Shown here: positions 1-17,600 of the stretch, in pieces
How the letters are laid out: each line of letters begins with the position of its first letter
Numbering within the stretch: position 1 is the stretch's first letter
NCBI RefSeq assembly: GCF_009914755.1
Contig: NC_060945.1
Length of the DNA stretch: 64,000 nucleotides
Reading direction: 5' to 3' (one strand)
From: the human T2T-CHM13v2.0 reference genome, Homo sapiens
Made by a program: the position numbers and the translations under genes
The notes under the pieces: generated by a model
Database searches by the model: none
Seen by the model: the letters and a program-made list of their open reading frames with translations, nothing else
Told to the model about the DNA's origin: nothing

Positions 1-229
1 CCCAGTCTGTGCAAAATTAGATGTCTACGAGTAAAGCGGTGAGTTTTACTAGCTTGAGGAATAAGAGCACAGAGTTCCAGGCTGACAGAAAAGAGGAACT
101 GGGAAATTTAAATGACATGGGAGGACATCTCACACAACTGAAAGTCACAGAGGAGAATATCACAGAGTAAAAATCTAAAATCAGCACTTCAACTTCATTC
201 AAATATATGATGGCTGCTACATTTCACAT

Positions 230-3365
<3,136 letters not shown>

Positions 3366-3394
3366 ATGCAAAATTGACTTCAACTTAAAGAGCT

Positions 3395-4010
3395 ATCACC
3401 ATTCTAATCTGTGATTCTAATGAATTTGGCTATCTTAGATACTTTATACAAGTGGAATCATACAGTTTGTCCTTCTGTGACTGATTTACTTTACTTAGCA
3501 TTAATGTCCTCTAGGTTCATCCATGTTGCATATTGACGGGCTTTCTTGTTTTAAAGCTGAATAATATTCCGTTGTATGAATATACCACATTTTCTTTATC
3601 TTTTCATCTGCCAATAGACATTAACCTTATTCCCACATTTTAATTAGTGTAAATAATGCTGCAATGAACCTGAGAATCATCCCAATCTCCATTCTTTCAG
3701 ATAAATAACCTGAAGTGAGACTACTAGATCATATGCTAGTTCTAATTTCTTAATTTATTTGAGGAACCACCGTACTGTTTTCCATAGAGGATGCACAGTT
3801 TTACTTTCCCAGAAACACTGTAGAAGTGTTCCAATTTCTCCCCATTGTTAACACTCGTTATCTTTTTCTTTCAATAAGACCATTCTAAAGGGCTTGAGGC
3901 AATATCTCTTTGTGGTTTTGATTTGCATTTCCCTGATTAGTGATGCTGAGCATTTTTTTCATGTATCTGTTGGTCATGTGGATATTTTCTTTGGAGAAAT
4001 ATCTATTGCT
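3395..4010 (-). mobile_element. L1M(B)-type 3' fragment, antisense
   Basis: tacaagtggaatcatacag, ggttcatccatgttg, ttgatttgcatttccctgattagtgatgctgagcat typical of L1 3' end on minus strand. Confidence 0.75.
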
Positions 4011-6421
4011 GATTTAAAAAAAAAAACTCTCAGCAAGCTAGATAAAGAAATTTTCTCGAAGTGATGGAAAGCATCCACAACAAAACATATAAACAATACT
4101 ATATTTAATGGTGAAAGCGTAAATGTTTAAACCACATAGATTAGGACAAGAAAGGGATGTGTGTGTTCATCACCTCTATTCAACATTGTACTGGTGATCC
4201 TAGATTTTGAGTATAAATATTTAGGGGACAACTATTGTCACTGAAGCCCAAATCTTGGTCATCCTCAGAAAAAAAAAAAAGTTGATTAGGTTGTATATAA
4301 TCTAATTTTACTTGCTAATTTAATTTCTCTAAAATTGCAGCTTGTATCAACTCTAGAATTTATTGGGCACCTCCTAGGACATAAACACTGGAATTTGGTG
4401 AGAGACGTCAAATAGGAAAGAACCTGGCTCTGACATAAATTCAACACACGGAGGGGGACACATGTTATGAGACTGACCTGGCCTCTTCATCTCATAAAAG
4501 GGGTTCTTGTTGCTTGTAACACAGATTAAAACTATTTCAATTACATTCAAGATAAAAAGATTAGCAATGGTATGTAAGATGAAAAAATCACCCCGCAGGA
4601 AGACGAAAGTCTCACAAAAGGATATTTAAGCTAGCCAACACTTTGAAATTCGGGCAGAGATCGTGATTTCTGGGCGAACTAAAGTAGCAAGAACAAAGTA
4701 GAGGCTCCAATTCTAGGAAAAATGGGTCCTAATAAGGTTTACAATCCAGAAACTCAAGATATCCAGACAGAAGGATGCAGTCTCCGCTTTCAAGGCAGCA
4801 GCAGTACCTGGATTACTAAGCCAATCCCCAACACAATCATAAACACAAATTTGATTGAGGAAGAAGCTTGCCCACCAGAAGATTTAGGTTATTACAAGGT
4901 AGAATGTGATAGAGAAAATGAGCATGGGACTGGAAAGAAAAGGAGGTAGCCCCATGATTACAACTGGAATATATGTGTCAGCGATGGTGCGGAAATAAGA
5001 CTGAAGAGAGAGATCCTTAAACCCCACGTGCCTTACATCAGGACTAATCCTGGACACAGGCTGGAAAGCATAGCCTACAGGTGGTGAGGCAGGAGGAGTG
5101 GGCTCAGCTGTGAGAAGGAGAAGGAAATATGGCTGAAAACTAGATAGGGGTCTTGAAATCACACCGAGGATTTGGGCCTTTGCTGCTGTCTGCCAGCAGC
5201 TGCCAGTAGTTCTCACACTTTGGCTGGCAACAAAATCACCTGGGGCAGTGGTGCGGAAGCGGGGGGAGTGTTGTAAAACCACAAGTGACCAGGCAAAAAA
5301 CACCTGTATGTTTTCCAATTCAGTAAGTACAGAAATATTAATTGGAAAAAGGTGGAGGTCAGACATTGATAGTGCTGTGGACTGCTCCAGGGACGTAAGC
5401 ATGATCTTTAGAGAGGTGACTCTAATCAATTGAGGGCAACCACTGGACAGAAAGAGGTCCAGACCAACCATACACAGAGACATCATACAACTACTCTTTA
5501 GCAACCTCTCCAAATAACATGTCTCTTAGTGAAACTTGGGAGGTTGAAAGTTAAAAACATAAAATCCAGTGACATTTATGTATCCTAGGCACTTACATTT
5601 GTCTGATTCTTCCAACTTGCCTTTGCTTGGTTAGAGTTTTGGGTAGATAAGAGGTGGATTTACATGTGCTAGTGTGAGAACTTTGATACACTCATTTAGA
5701 CATTGACCTACTATCTTGTTTGAAAGCTAAAACCCAAAGAAATTTGTCTTTTTACATAAAACAAATTCAGCCCTTGCCTTCCTTGTAGATTACATCTTCC
5801 ACTAGCAGTAATAAAAAAGTAACAATATGCATAAGTCAAAGTATCTTCTTAGATCCTCTGTAGTGTTTTATTATTTAGTTGTGTTAATTAAAGTAACTGT
5901 CTCAAAATTTCAAGGAATGCCTGAGAAGAAATTCATGTTCAAAGGCTGCCCTCTTGTGACAATGTGTTGTATGCTTTACTGTAAAAGTAACCTTATTTTA
6001 CCTTATAACCTCTACAATCCAATTCATAACAGCATAAAAAGGAAACAAAACCTTACATAATTTTGAATTTTAAAAAGTACCTTGTTTATATGGCTCCTTT
6101 AGCTAATGAATAGTCAATTTGGTAAATATTCCAGTGAGTTGAAGGTTTGAATCTATCTCACTTAACTAGCTTGATGAATGTATTTCTAAACCTATACAAC
6201 CCACTCCTCTGCTTTTAAAAAATTAAAGTTAGCTGTAGATTGAGATGTCAGTGACACAGTTTATAGAACATAACTTAGATTGTCATCTACATTACTGTAA
6301 CTACAAATACCACCTTCAGATGGAAGAATAAGTTTTATCAGTGAACATCTCTAATTGAACTATAAATGGTGTATGTCTTCTGGTTTTTACAAGCTCTTGG
6401 TCTAACACAGGGGATATATGA

Positions 6422-6836
<415 letters not shown>

Positions 6837-9800
6837 TTATTCTAAGCCCACTGATGTAAAGGAATAGAAAGAAAAGGTTTGTTGGAAAACCTAATAACCT
6901 GCTTTCTGTCTTTTGTTTTTTAAAAGCTTGAGCATTTGGGAGAATTTGGAAAGATTGTGGAGTAAGTGCAAAGAAGGAATTTGTTAACAAAAATCATATA
7001 GGGTAAAATGAGTTTTTTCCAGGTTAGAAAATATCCACTCCCTACCCTCCTACATTCCTTTCCCATGGTTAAGAAGAGGAAAAAACAAAGGCTTCTTGGT
7101 GAGCAGTGGTGACTTAGGCAGTTTCTTAGAAATATTCTAGAAGGCATAGTCATCTTTTAAAAAAAAAATAGCTACAAGGATATGTCTAAGCAGAAGGGTC
7201 CATGGGCCAAATTACGTGTAGATTTTTGCATTCCAAATATGGTAAAGAAGAAGCAGGAAGCTGGGGCTCCTTAACAGGTCACACAGAAATGGACAAGGAA
7301 GAGGCCAGCAGCAGCTTGTGGGGACAAGATGTCAAGCCCCAAATGTTAAACCCACCAACCATCCTCCAAATTCTGGCTCTGTTTAACAAGGCTGTGGTCT
7401 GACACTACATGCCGCCTCAGTGACTAAAGCATAATTTCCCGTCTCCTGGGAGTGTTGACAGCTGACTCCTGGCAACAATACTCACAGCACAGTAAAGTTC
7501 CTTCATCCAAGTTCATGTCCCTTCTCAAGGCATCCCACATCCGAGAACTGCTTGGTACAGAAATATAATGGCCTGGTTTTCTTGCTCCAATTCGAGGTCA
7601 TTAGGTAAACTCACCAAGATCTTGTAGAGTGGACTGCGGCCATGATAGTGATTGCATTCCAGCCGACTTCCTGCTCCACCCAATCCTATTGCTTTCACTC
7701 TTCCACAGGTGTTGGGAATATCATTTCAACCTCCTTGCATGCAAATCTCCAACTCGGAGTCGGCTTCCTAGGACACCTGACTGGTGATATCTCTATCACT
7801 ATCACAGTACTTAGAGGGGAGCATCTTAAAATGATTGAAGGCTAACTGCCCTAACAGCACAGGCAGATGATGGCTTAAAATAGAATTTAAGTGGATTTAA
7901 AAAAACATGAAAAAAGTTGACATTGCACGCTCATATGAGCTTATGGATCAAACCATGTGTATGATTTCTAAGATCCCTCGTGCAGTATATATTTGCACTG
8001 TTTATAAATGACATCCCCTTGAATTGAATTCAGTGCAATTCAAAACAGTAATTTGTGGGAAAAATTAGATATGCAGATAGCCTGGACTCTAGAGAAGCAC
8101 ACATCATTTGGAGAATAATAGTGAACCGGCTAGTCTATGAGGGAAGAAAACAGAGTGAATATAGACTATTAGTGAACAAGGATATTTTCCCATGTATATT
8201 CAAATTAAGGTGAACTTCTTTAGAGAATTGTGCCTTAGAAAGAAAAAGTATTTCCCTATATTTGAGTCCTCACAAGTTTTCCTACGATGAGTGCTTTTGT
8301 GATTATTTTGAATAACAAAGTAATATTTAAAGAAACTCTCTTGCCCTGAATGTACTTTAATTTATGTCAATTGATGTTGCATATAGAGATCATCAGAGTC
8401 AAGCTACAAGAAAAAGAGGAACATAACTTAGCAAAGACTTAGAGGATTAGTCCTAATAGTGTGAAATCAAAATTTCAAGTGAGGGAATAAATGCAGCTTT
8501 TAATGATTACTTAAATGAAGTTTAACTCTAGCAGGATCTACAAGAAATTGGCAACCTTTGGCTTCAGTAACAGAAACTCAGGATATATGCCCTTCAGTGA
8601 GTTTGCATTCTGCATCATATTGAGAGACACTCCTTTAAACAGCAATAAGAAACTTCCTGTGACAACATAATAAATTCAAAAAGTTCTGTAACTCAGACAA
8701 TTTAGATAGAAGTGATAACTTTGGCCTATAAAGCCCTGTTCACCCTAAAGATGGATTAAACAATGAAAAAGATATTGATATCAAAAGTTCAATCAGTAAT
8801 TTGATTAAAGCATTTCATTAAATGTGATAATTTCTTAGTATATTATCTTACATATGCAATATTCATGTGTAACAAATTATATACAAGTAAACATTTGACC
8901 ATATTATCTGCAGCATAATTTACATATCAATTTACATATTCAGTTTTGCTCACATGAAAACTTGGATCTTCTCAATAAGAAAATTTGTGAAATCTTTAAT
9001 TCCTCATCCCCAGGAATGTAAATAAATAAATATAAATACTGTAAGTCAGTGATTTTTTCCTAGGAAGACAGTAAAAATACTTTACACGCCTTCTCATTGT
9101 AAACCTAAATAACAAACAGAGAAAGGCTCTCTAAAGGAAAAAGACACATCTTAGGGAGGAGGGCACTGCGATGGGAATATGCATGACAAAGCAAACTATA
9201 TAGATTCAAATGGTAAAGGAAGACAAGGTCTTTAAAAGAAAAATGATCAACCTGGAAGTATGGGGGAGTAGAAAAAAATAAATAAGGGAAAATGAAGAGG
9301 CTTCTATAATTGTTTTGATATAGTTACCTTTGACTATAAAGATCAACAACAAGGTCAATATCAGTTGAAGTTTGGGCAGGCGGTTGCTGGATAGATGTCC
9401 TCACAGAAGTGTATTTTGTGTAAGGTTGCTATGGCCTTTGTGCAAGGTTGTGGTTTTTGTGGTATTTTGTAATAGTTTTTATCAGGCCTAGAAGCATGAG
9501 AACCCTCTCTTCAAGGCCTTCTCTGAATCTATTTGTTCAGGTTTCTTCTTCTCTTTTTAAACATTAGTGACAGTTTTGATTCTGATAACTTTCATATCAT
9601 GATCCCTAATTTCAAAAAAAATTAAACGTGTAACTTATTTATGATGTATTTGATAGGCTTGGATTTGTGAATCACCTCTACTATCTATAGTGGTAGATAT
9701 ATCTGAGCCTGCTTACACAGCACTTCCATCAGATTCTCTCTTCAGTGGAATTGGAAGAGGGGGTTTGGGAGAAGGGAATGAAGGAATTGTGCTGCATCAG

Positions 9801-9853
9801 AGGTCCCCACCTAACAGCACAGGGCCTTTTTCTGTGCTCTTGCCAGGCCGTTG

Positions 9854-9900
9854 TATTGGCTGATGCAAAAGTAATTTTGGTTTTGTCATTGAAAGTAATG
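9854..9900. mobile_element. MADE1 (Hsmar1 MITE) half element
   Basis: tattggctgatgcaaaagtaattttggttttgtcattgaaagtaatg resembles the MADE1 terminal inverted repeat. Confidence 0.55.
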
Positions 9901-10311
9901 AGACCATCTGACTTACAATGTCTGTGCCATAACCAGCTCCTAATAGCCTCCGAGGACAGCTTTGCCCTGACATATACTGTCCTGGGACCACGTCTGCTTT
10001 GTAACTCCTGAGGTAGCTGCCACCATGACCAATGCCTTCTCATCTTTACTCTACATGCAGGTAACAGTTATAATTATATCTCTGTGTATTCACAGAACAT
10101 TTAGTACATCTGGGACTTCTACAAAATTTCCCTAGCTGATTTTGGTGTTCTGGGGTACTGGCAGCTCTAGCCATGAAGGGATGATGCTTTATCAGCATTT
10201 CTGTTGAGTTTTTTGCTTTTTCTCAAAAACTGATTCCACTTTTCCCACATACGTTTGACAATTCATTTGAACTCATTTATTCTAAACCCATTATTTCTGG
10301 TCTATTATTTA

Positions 10312-10480
10312 ATAGGAAGGGAGGCGAGGGATAAAAGATTACAAATAGGGTGCAGTGTACACTGCTCGGGTGATGGGTGCACCCAAATCTCACAAATCTC
10401 CAGTAAAGAACTTACCCATGGAACCAAATACCACCGTACCCCAATAACCTATGGAAAAAAATAAAAAATAAAGTAAAAAA
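10312..10480 (+). mobile_element. L1PB-type 3' end
   Basis: gggataaaagattacaaatagggtgcagtgtacactgctcgggtgatgggtgcacc...ccccaataacctatggaaa followed by A tail. Confidence 0.8.
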
Positions 10481-11084
10481 GAGTCAGAAAGAAAGAAAAT
10501 AATCACTGTACTTCCCAAGACACTTAGAAATGGTGACTAGCATTATTTGTAAGTGTCACCTAATAATATTATTATTTTTTCTTTATGCTACAAACTAGCT
10601 CTGCTATTACAATCACTACTATTTGAAGTGTTACTAAATTAAATTAAATCTATTGTATCCTTCTGGACTCAGAAATGGGAGTAAATGCTAAGACAATTTC
10701 AGAATATGATCACATATTAAAAGCATATTATATGGGGAAAATTTGATTTTTAAAAAATAGAAATTGGTAGAGAAACAATTTTTGGGTCTTTAATTTACGC
10801 ACATTTTGCAAGTATGGACGCTGAATTTATTGTTCCAAATGATTGTTTTCAAGCATGTTTGTATAGAAAACAGCCTTGGAATAGAAAACCAGTACCTCCT
10901 TCTGGAACAAAGGAAAAGTTTATTTACTGTCTAGTATAATGCAGATAATTTCTCCCTCTTGGGAAGCATACAGCCAAGTGAACTTCCAATAACACAAGTT
11001 GGGGTTTCTTGAGCTTGGGTTTTTCTTCCACAGTGTAATGTGCAGGTGCCACTTGGCTCTCTTTGTGTTATCCTGCGAAAGCTG

Positions 11085-11875
11085 ATGGCTATAGGTGCAT
11101 GTGTTTATTTTGGGGTTCTCTATTATGTTTCATTGGTCTTTGTGTCTGTTTTCATATCAGTACCATGTTATTTTGTCTACTGTGGCCTTAGGGTATAGTA
11201 TGAAGTCAAGTAATGTGATGTCTCCAGCTTTGTTCTTCTTGCTTAGATTTCCTTTGGTTGTCTGGGCTCTTTAAAAATCCATATGAAATTTAGAATATTT
11301 TTTTTTCTGATTCTGTGAAAAACGACATTGGTTGTTTCATAGGAATAGTGTTGAATGTGTAGATTGCTTTTGGCAGTATAGCCATTTTAACAATATTGAT
11401 CTTTCTAATCCATGAGCATGGAATGGTTTTCCATTTGTTTCGAGATCTATGATTTCTTTCTGCAGTGTTTTGTAGTTCTCCTTTTAGATATCCTTTACCT
11501 CCTTGGTTAGACATATTCTTCCTTTATTTTATTTTATTTTGGGGGTTGCTGTTGTAAACAGGATTGCACTCTTGATTTACCTTTCAGTTTAAACATTTTT
11601 GGTGAACAGAAATGCTACTTCTTTTTATATGTTGTTTTTTTTTATCCTGAAAGTTTGCTGAAGTTTTTTTTATCAGTTCTAGGAGCCTTTTGGCACAGTC
11701 TTTAGGGATTTCTAGGTGTAGAATCATATCATCAGTGAAGAGAGATAATTTGACTTCATTTCCTATTTGGATGCTTTTTATTGCTTTCTCTTGCCTGCTT
11801 GCTCTGGGTAGGACTTGTTAAACAGGAGTGGGGAGAACAGGCATCCCTATTTTATTCCTGTTCATAAGGGGAATG
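11085..11875 (-). mobile_element. L1 ORF2 fragment (L1PB-like), antisense
   Basis: Minus-strand translation [27 protein letters not shown] matches L1 ORF2. Confidence 0.85.
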
Positions 11876-12162
11876 TGTTGGGAGAAAAGCTGAGTGTTGG
11901 AAGAGAAGCTGAGGCAGGGCCATATGTTTCTCATTCACTTGATACACCATTTCCTTTCAACCCCCACATCCTCACCACCTGTTTCTTTGTTTGAGCACCA
12001 ACAAATAGCGTGGGCTCCCAGAGCTTGGGGACTTTGCAGACTCCATACTCGTGATGGTCTCCTGGTCCCACTTTCTCTCTCAAACTGTCTTTTTCTCATT
12101 CCTTTGACTCTGCCGGACTTCATCACCCCCATGACCTAGTGTTGGGTCTGATCACCCCAACA
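11876..12162 (+). mobile_element. HERV-K(HML-1) 5' LTR (LTR14A/B-like, internally shortened)
   Basis: TGTTGGGAGAAAAGCTGAGTGTTGG...ATCACCCCAACA with TG...CA termini, followed by a tRNA-Lys PBS. Confidence 0.8.
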
Positions 12163-12166
12163 TTCC

Positions 12167-12184
12167 TGGCGCCCAACATGGGGT
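12167..12184 (+). promoter_or_regulatory. Primer-binding site, tRNA-Lys
   Basis: TGGCGCCCAACATGGGGT vs canonical TGGCGCCCAACGTGGGGC. Confidence 0.88.
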
Positions 12185-12265
12185 GACAAAGACCCGGTGA
12201 AGGAAGGCTAGAGCATATGAAAGCAGAGGACACATCATCAAAAGACACCCGAGGACATACAAAGA

Positions 12266-14008
12266 TGGGGAGTGAAAGTTAGTACTTAGAATTTGTTATT
12301 ACTCTTTAGTACAGTAAAGCAGTTTTGCCCATGGTTTCCAGAACAAAGGACTATGAAGTTGGATGAATGGGAGAGAATTGGAAGAGATTTTTAATAGGCA
12401 TATAAAGATGGAGCAGAAATTCCAGTTTATATATGGTCAGTGTGGGCACTAATAAAGGCAGCCCTTGAGCCATTTCAAACAGATGATGAGGCAGATTCAG
12501 ATGAGGAAGAGGAGGATGAGTGTAAAAAACTAACTTCAAATTCTGAGTGTGAGGAGCAGCTACCGGAGGAGATTAAAGAAAAGAAAGAAAAACTTTAAAA
12601 AGTATGTTTTACTAGCCCGTTGGCTCCACCTGCTGAATTAAGTGAATGGCCACCTCCTCTCTCTCCCCTAAATGGGTGAGAAAATAAATTAGCTGAAAAA
12701 CTTACTGCTCCTGTAGTTACAACATTAAAACCTGGAGCAGTTGGTGGTGCTAGACAAAATTCTATTCAAAAAGCTAAAGCCAAGGGAGACCTTGAAGCAT
12801 GGCAATTTCCCGTTACTATAATCCAGCAAGTAGGACAGAATATAGCTAATTAGCCTGCTTTTTCTTCTAAGTTACTAAAGAATTTAAGCAAGCCATTAGT
12901 CAATATGGACTGAACTGTCTTTTTGTAAAATCTTTATTAAAAAATATGGCTCTTGATAATACATTACTACCATATAATTAGGATACTTTGACAAAACCTG
13001 TTTTCACTCCATCTCAGTACTTGCAGTTTAAAACTCTACAAGATCTTGGTGAGTTTACCTAATGACCTCGAATTGGAGCAAGAAAACCAGGCCTCTGTAA
13101 TGGCCTCTGTAATATTATGCTCAAACTCAGGCAAAAGAAAACACACACGTGCAGCCACCTGTGCCTGTTTTCTTTGATCAGTTAATATGAGTTGGCCCTA
13201 ACTGGGTTTGATTAGAGAATCAAGCAGTAATGGAAGATGTTGCCATTGTTCAGCTGTGCTTCATGTGCTTACAGGCATAGAAAAGGATAAATGTTACAGG
13301 GGAAAAGTATCCTTATTTCAGTTCTGTCTGACAAGAACCTAAAGAACCATATATTAATTTTATTGCTCAGCTCCAAGAGGCTGTGTATAAAGCCGTAAAT
13401 GATCAAAACAGCTCAGGATGTTGTAATACAGCTTCTTGCATACAATAATGCTAATGCAGAGTGTCAAACTGCTATTAGATCCCTGAGAGAGAGGGCTCAT
13501 TTAACTAAATATATTAAGGCTTGCGATGGCATTGGAGGTAATTTACATAAGGCCATTCTTTTAGCTCAGGCTATGGCTAGATTAAGAGTAAGAAAAAATA
13601 TGCTTCATTTCTCAGGCTCTTGCCTTAATTGTGGGCAAATTGGACACAAGAAAGGAATGCAGAAAGGAATTCAAAAGATGAAAACTACTACCATCAATCA
13701 ACAGAAAAGTCCCAGTGTATGTCCCTGGTGTAAGAAAGGCAATCACTAGGCAAGTCCGTGTCATTCTAAATTTAGCAAAGATGGACAACCTCTTTCAGGA
13801 AATAGGAAGAGGGACCTGCCTCGAGCCCCACAACAAACCGAGGCATACCCAGCACAGCCACTGCCCTTACAAATGTACAACAATTGTCCCCCGCCTCAGC
13901 AAGCAGTGCTGCTGTAGACCTCTACAGAACAATTCCCATCTCCTTACTTCCTGGGGAGCCACCAAAGGAGGTCCCCACAGGAGTTACGGCACCCTTACCC
14001 TGAGGAAC
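12266..14008 (+). pseudogene. gag: HERV-K(HML-1) gag and start of dUTPase/pro, defective
   Basis: LLAYNNANAECQTAIR, IKACDGIGG, zinc knuckles CLNCGQIGH and CPWCKKGNH; many stops and frameshifts. Confidence 0.85.
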
Positions 14009-14521
14009 TGTTGGGAACAAGCCCCCTCATATCCGGCCTTAAACTGGCCCCAAAACTGGTCATAAACAAAATCTCTGCAGTACTGTGACATGTTCATGAT
14101 GGCCGTAACACCCACGCTGGAAGATTGTGTGTTTATCGGAATGAGGACAAGGAATACCTGGCCCGTCCAGGGTGGAAAACCACTTAAAGGCATTCTTAAG
14201 CCACAAACAATAGCATGAGTGATCTGTGCCTTAAGAACATGCTTCTGCTGCGGTTAACTAGCCCAACCTATTCCTTTAATTCAGCGCATCCCTTCGTTTC
14301 CCATAAGGGATAATTTTAGTTAATCTAATATCTATAGAAACAATGCTAATGACTGGCTTGCTGTTAATAAACACGTGGGTAAAACTCTGTTCAGGACTCT
14401 CAGCTCTGAAGGATGTGAGACCCCTGATTTCCCACTTCACACCTCTATATTTCAGTGTGTATGTCTTTAATTCCTCTAGCGCTGCTGGATTAGGGTCTCC
14501 CCGACCGACCTGGTCTCAGCA
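14009..14521 (+). mobile_element. MER9 LTR (HERV-K HML-3 5' LTR)
   Basis: TGTTGGGAACAAGCCCCC...AAACTGGCCCCAAAACTGG...CTGGTCTCAGCA; degenerate Lys PBS tggtgccca follows at 14524. Confidence 0.88.
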
Positions 14522-14672
14522 AGTGGTGCCCATTCATGGGGGCTCGAATACAGGTCAAAGGATCGCTGGAGCAACGATTGGAGAATGTGGAAGTAGCTGG
14601 AGGACACCTGAGTACTCTTAAAGCAATCCCCGTGGTGAGTAAGAAGGGGAGCTCGGAAGCATCAGGGTAACA

Positions 14673-17600
14673 ATGGGACAAGTGTGGGCTGTGGTTCATT
14701 CTACCTTGGAACTTTTTCACACTGATGATGAGGAGGAAGGAGAGTATAACAAAGTAACAGTAGAGGTTACAGACCAGGTTTATTTGTCACCTAAAGCTAA
14801 AGCAGAAAAGGAGGGAGAGGTTCATCCCTACCCTTCTGCACCCCCTCATTATTATTTTGAAGAAAACGACCCACCAGATCTTTCTTTTCTGGAGGACACT
14901 GGGTGAAAAGTAGTTGCCCTGGTGACTGTTCGAGCAGCGCCTTGAGCGACTGCTCTTAGTTCTATTCAGGCAGGAATACAGCAAGCAAAACAAAAGTGGG
15001 ATTTAGAGGCTTGGCAGCTCCCTGTTAGAATACACCCCCCAGATCAACAGGGAAATATTATAGCTACATTTGAGCCTTTTCCTTTTAAATTACTCAAAAA
15101 ATTTAAACAAGCTATAAATCAGTATGGACCAGGTTCTCCTTTTGAAATGGGACCGTTAAAGAATGTTGCTGTTTCCAGTCGGATGATTCCTACTGACTGG
15201 GACACTATTACTCGAGCTTGTCAACTCCTGCTCACTTCTTACACTTTAAAACTTAGTGGGCAGATGAAGCTTCCATTCAGGCTGCTCACAATGCCTGGGC
15301 CCAACCTCAAATTAATATAACTGCAGACCAACTTTTAGGGGTTGGTTTCTGAGCTGGTTTACATGTACAAGTGGTCATGCAAGATGATGCCATAGAACAG
15401 CTTAGTGGAGTGTGCATTAGAGCTTGGAAAAAATCACTTCATGTGGAGAACAATACCATTCCTTTAGTGCTATAAAACAGGGACCAAGAGAACCATATGT
15501 GGATTTTATAGTTTGGTTACAGGAGTCTCTTAAAAAGATGATTGCAGATTTGGCTGCTTAGGATATAGTGTTGCAGTTATTAGCTTTTGACAATGCTAAT
15601 CCCTATTGCCAGGCTGTTCTGTGACCTATCAGAGGGAAAGCACATTTAGTTGATTATATCAACGGCTGTGATGATATCAGAGGTAATCTACATAAAGCTA
15701 CTTTGTTGGCACAGGCAATGGCAGGACTGAGAGTGGATAAAGGAAATACTCCATTTCCTGTAGCTTGTTTTAACTGTGGGAAACATGGTCATACTAAAAA
15801 GAATGTAGAAAAAAAATCAGCGAGTCAGGTCACCAGATAGAGGAAAAAAGAAAACTGCTGATCCTGAAATATTTCCAAAATGTAAAAAAGGAAAACTTTG
15901 GGCTAATCAGTGTCACTCTAAGTTTGATAAACAAGGGAACCCGATTTCGGGAAACTCCCTGGGGGGCCCATCCCAGGCCCTGTTCTAAACCAGGGCATTT
16001 CTAGCTCAGGCCATTCCCTCACACCCGTACATTATCTGTCCCCCACCATAGCCCATAGTGTCGCAGTAGACTTATGCTGCACAAAAACTGTGAGCCTTCT
16101 GCCTGGGGAACCCCCGCAAAAGGTTCCAACAGGAGTCTGTGGACCGTTGCCAGGAGGGACAATGGGATTACTTTTAGGAAGGTCTAGTTTAAGTTTAAAA
16201 GGGGTACAAATACACACTGGAGTCATTGATTCAGATTACAATGAGGAAATTCAAATTGTGATATCTACTTCTTTTCCCTGGAAAGCACAGCCAGGAGTGG
16301 GCATAGCACAGCTCCTGAGTGTGAAGTATGTGGGAATGGGAAAAAGTGAAATTAAATGAACTGGAGGATTTGGAAGCACAAATAAAAAAGGCAAGGCAGC
16401 TTATTGGGTAAATCAAATTACTGATAAACATCCTATCTGTGAAATAACTATCCAGGGAAAGAACTTTAAAGGTTTGGTAGATACAATTTTTTTTTTTTTT
16501 GGTAGGAGTGGACATTTCAATCATTTCTCTACAGCACTGGCTGTCCATGTGGCCAATTCAGCCCACTCAATTTAACACAGTGGAAACTGCTAAAGCCCCA
16601 GAAGTGTATCAAAGTAGCTATATTTTGCATTGTGAAGGGACCGATGGACAACCTGGGACTGTTCAACCAATTGCAACTTCTGTACCTATAAATTTATGGG
16701 GGAGAGATTTATTATGACAATGGGGAGCACAAGTTCTAATTCCATAGCAATTATACAGCCCTCAAAGTCAACATATGATGCACGAAATGGGGCATGTCCC
16801 TGGTATAGGAGTAGAAAAAAATTGCAAGGTTTGAAAGAACTGCTTCAAACGGAAAGACAAAGTTCCTGCCAAAGATTAGGATACCATTTTTGATGGTGGC
16901 CACTGTTAAGCCTCCAGAACCTATACCTTTAAAATGGTTAACAGATAAGCCAATTTGGATAGAATAATGGCTGCTAAGCAAAGAGAAACTGGATGCTTTA
17001 GAGAAATTAGTTACTGAACAATTAGAAAATGGGCACATAGCTCCAACATTTTCCCCTTGGAATTCTCCAGTGTTCATAATTAAGAAAAAATCAGGTAAAT
17101 GGAGAATGTTAACTGACTTAAGAGCCATCAATTCAGTTATACAACCTATGGAAACATAACAGCCAGGATTGCCTTCTCCTACTATAATTCCAAAAAATTG
17201 GCCTTTAATAGTCACAGATTTAAAAGACTGTTACTTTACTACCCTTTTAGCTGAGCAAGACTGTGAACGGTTTGCATTTACAATTCCTGCAGTAAACAAC
17301 CTGCAGCCTGCTAAGCGTTTTCGTTGTTTCACAGATGGGTCTAGTAATGGTAAAGCTTCTTATTCTGGATCAAAAGGTAAAGTTTTCCAGACACCCTATA
17401 CTTCAGCTCAAAAAGCGGAGCTTGTAGCTGTAATTGAGGTATTGACTGCTTTTGATATGCCTGTTAATGTGATTTCTGATTCTTCATACATGGTTCATTC
17501 CACACAGTTAATTGAAAATGCTCAGTTACGATTTCATACAGATGAACAACTGATAATAAAAACAAAAAAAGGGGGAGAAACAGGGATTACGGGTAGCCCA

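Noticed and set aside
4884-5513. 209-aa minus-strand ORF
   Set aside because: No recognisable domain, overlaps probable decayed repeat fragments and has no exon context; likely a chance ORF.
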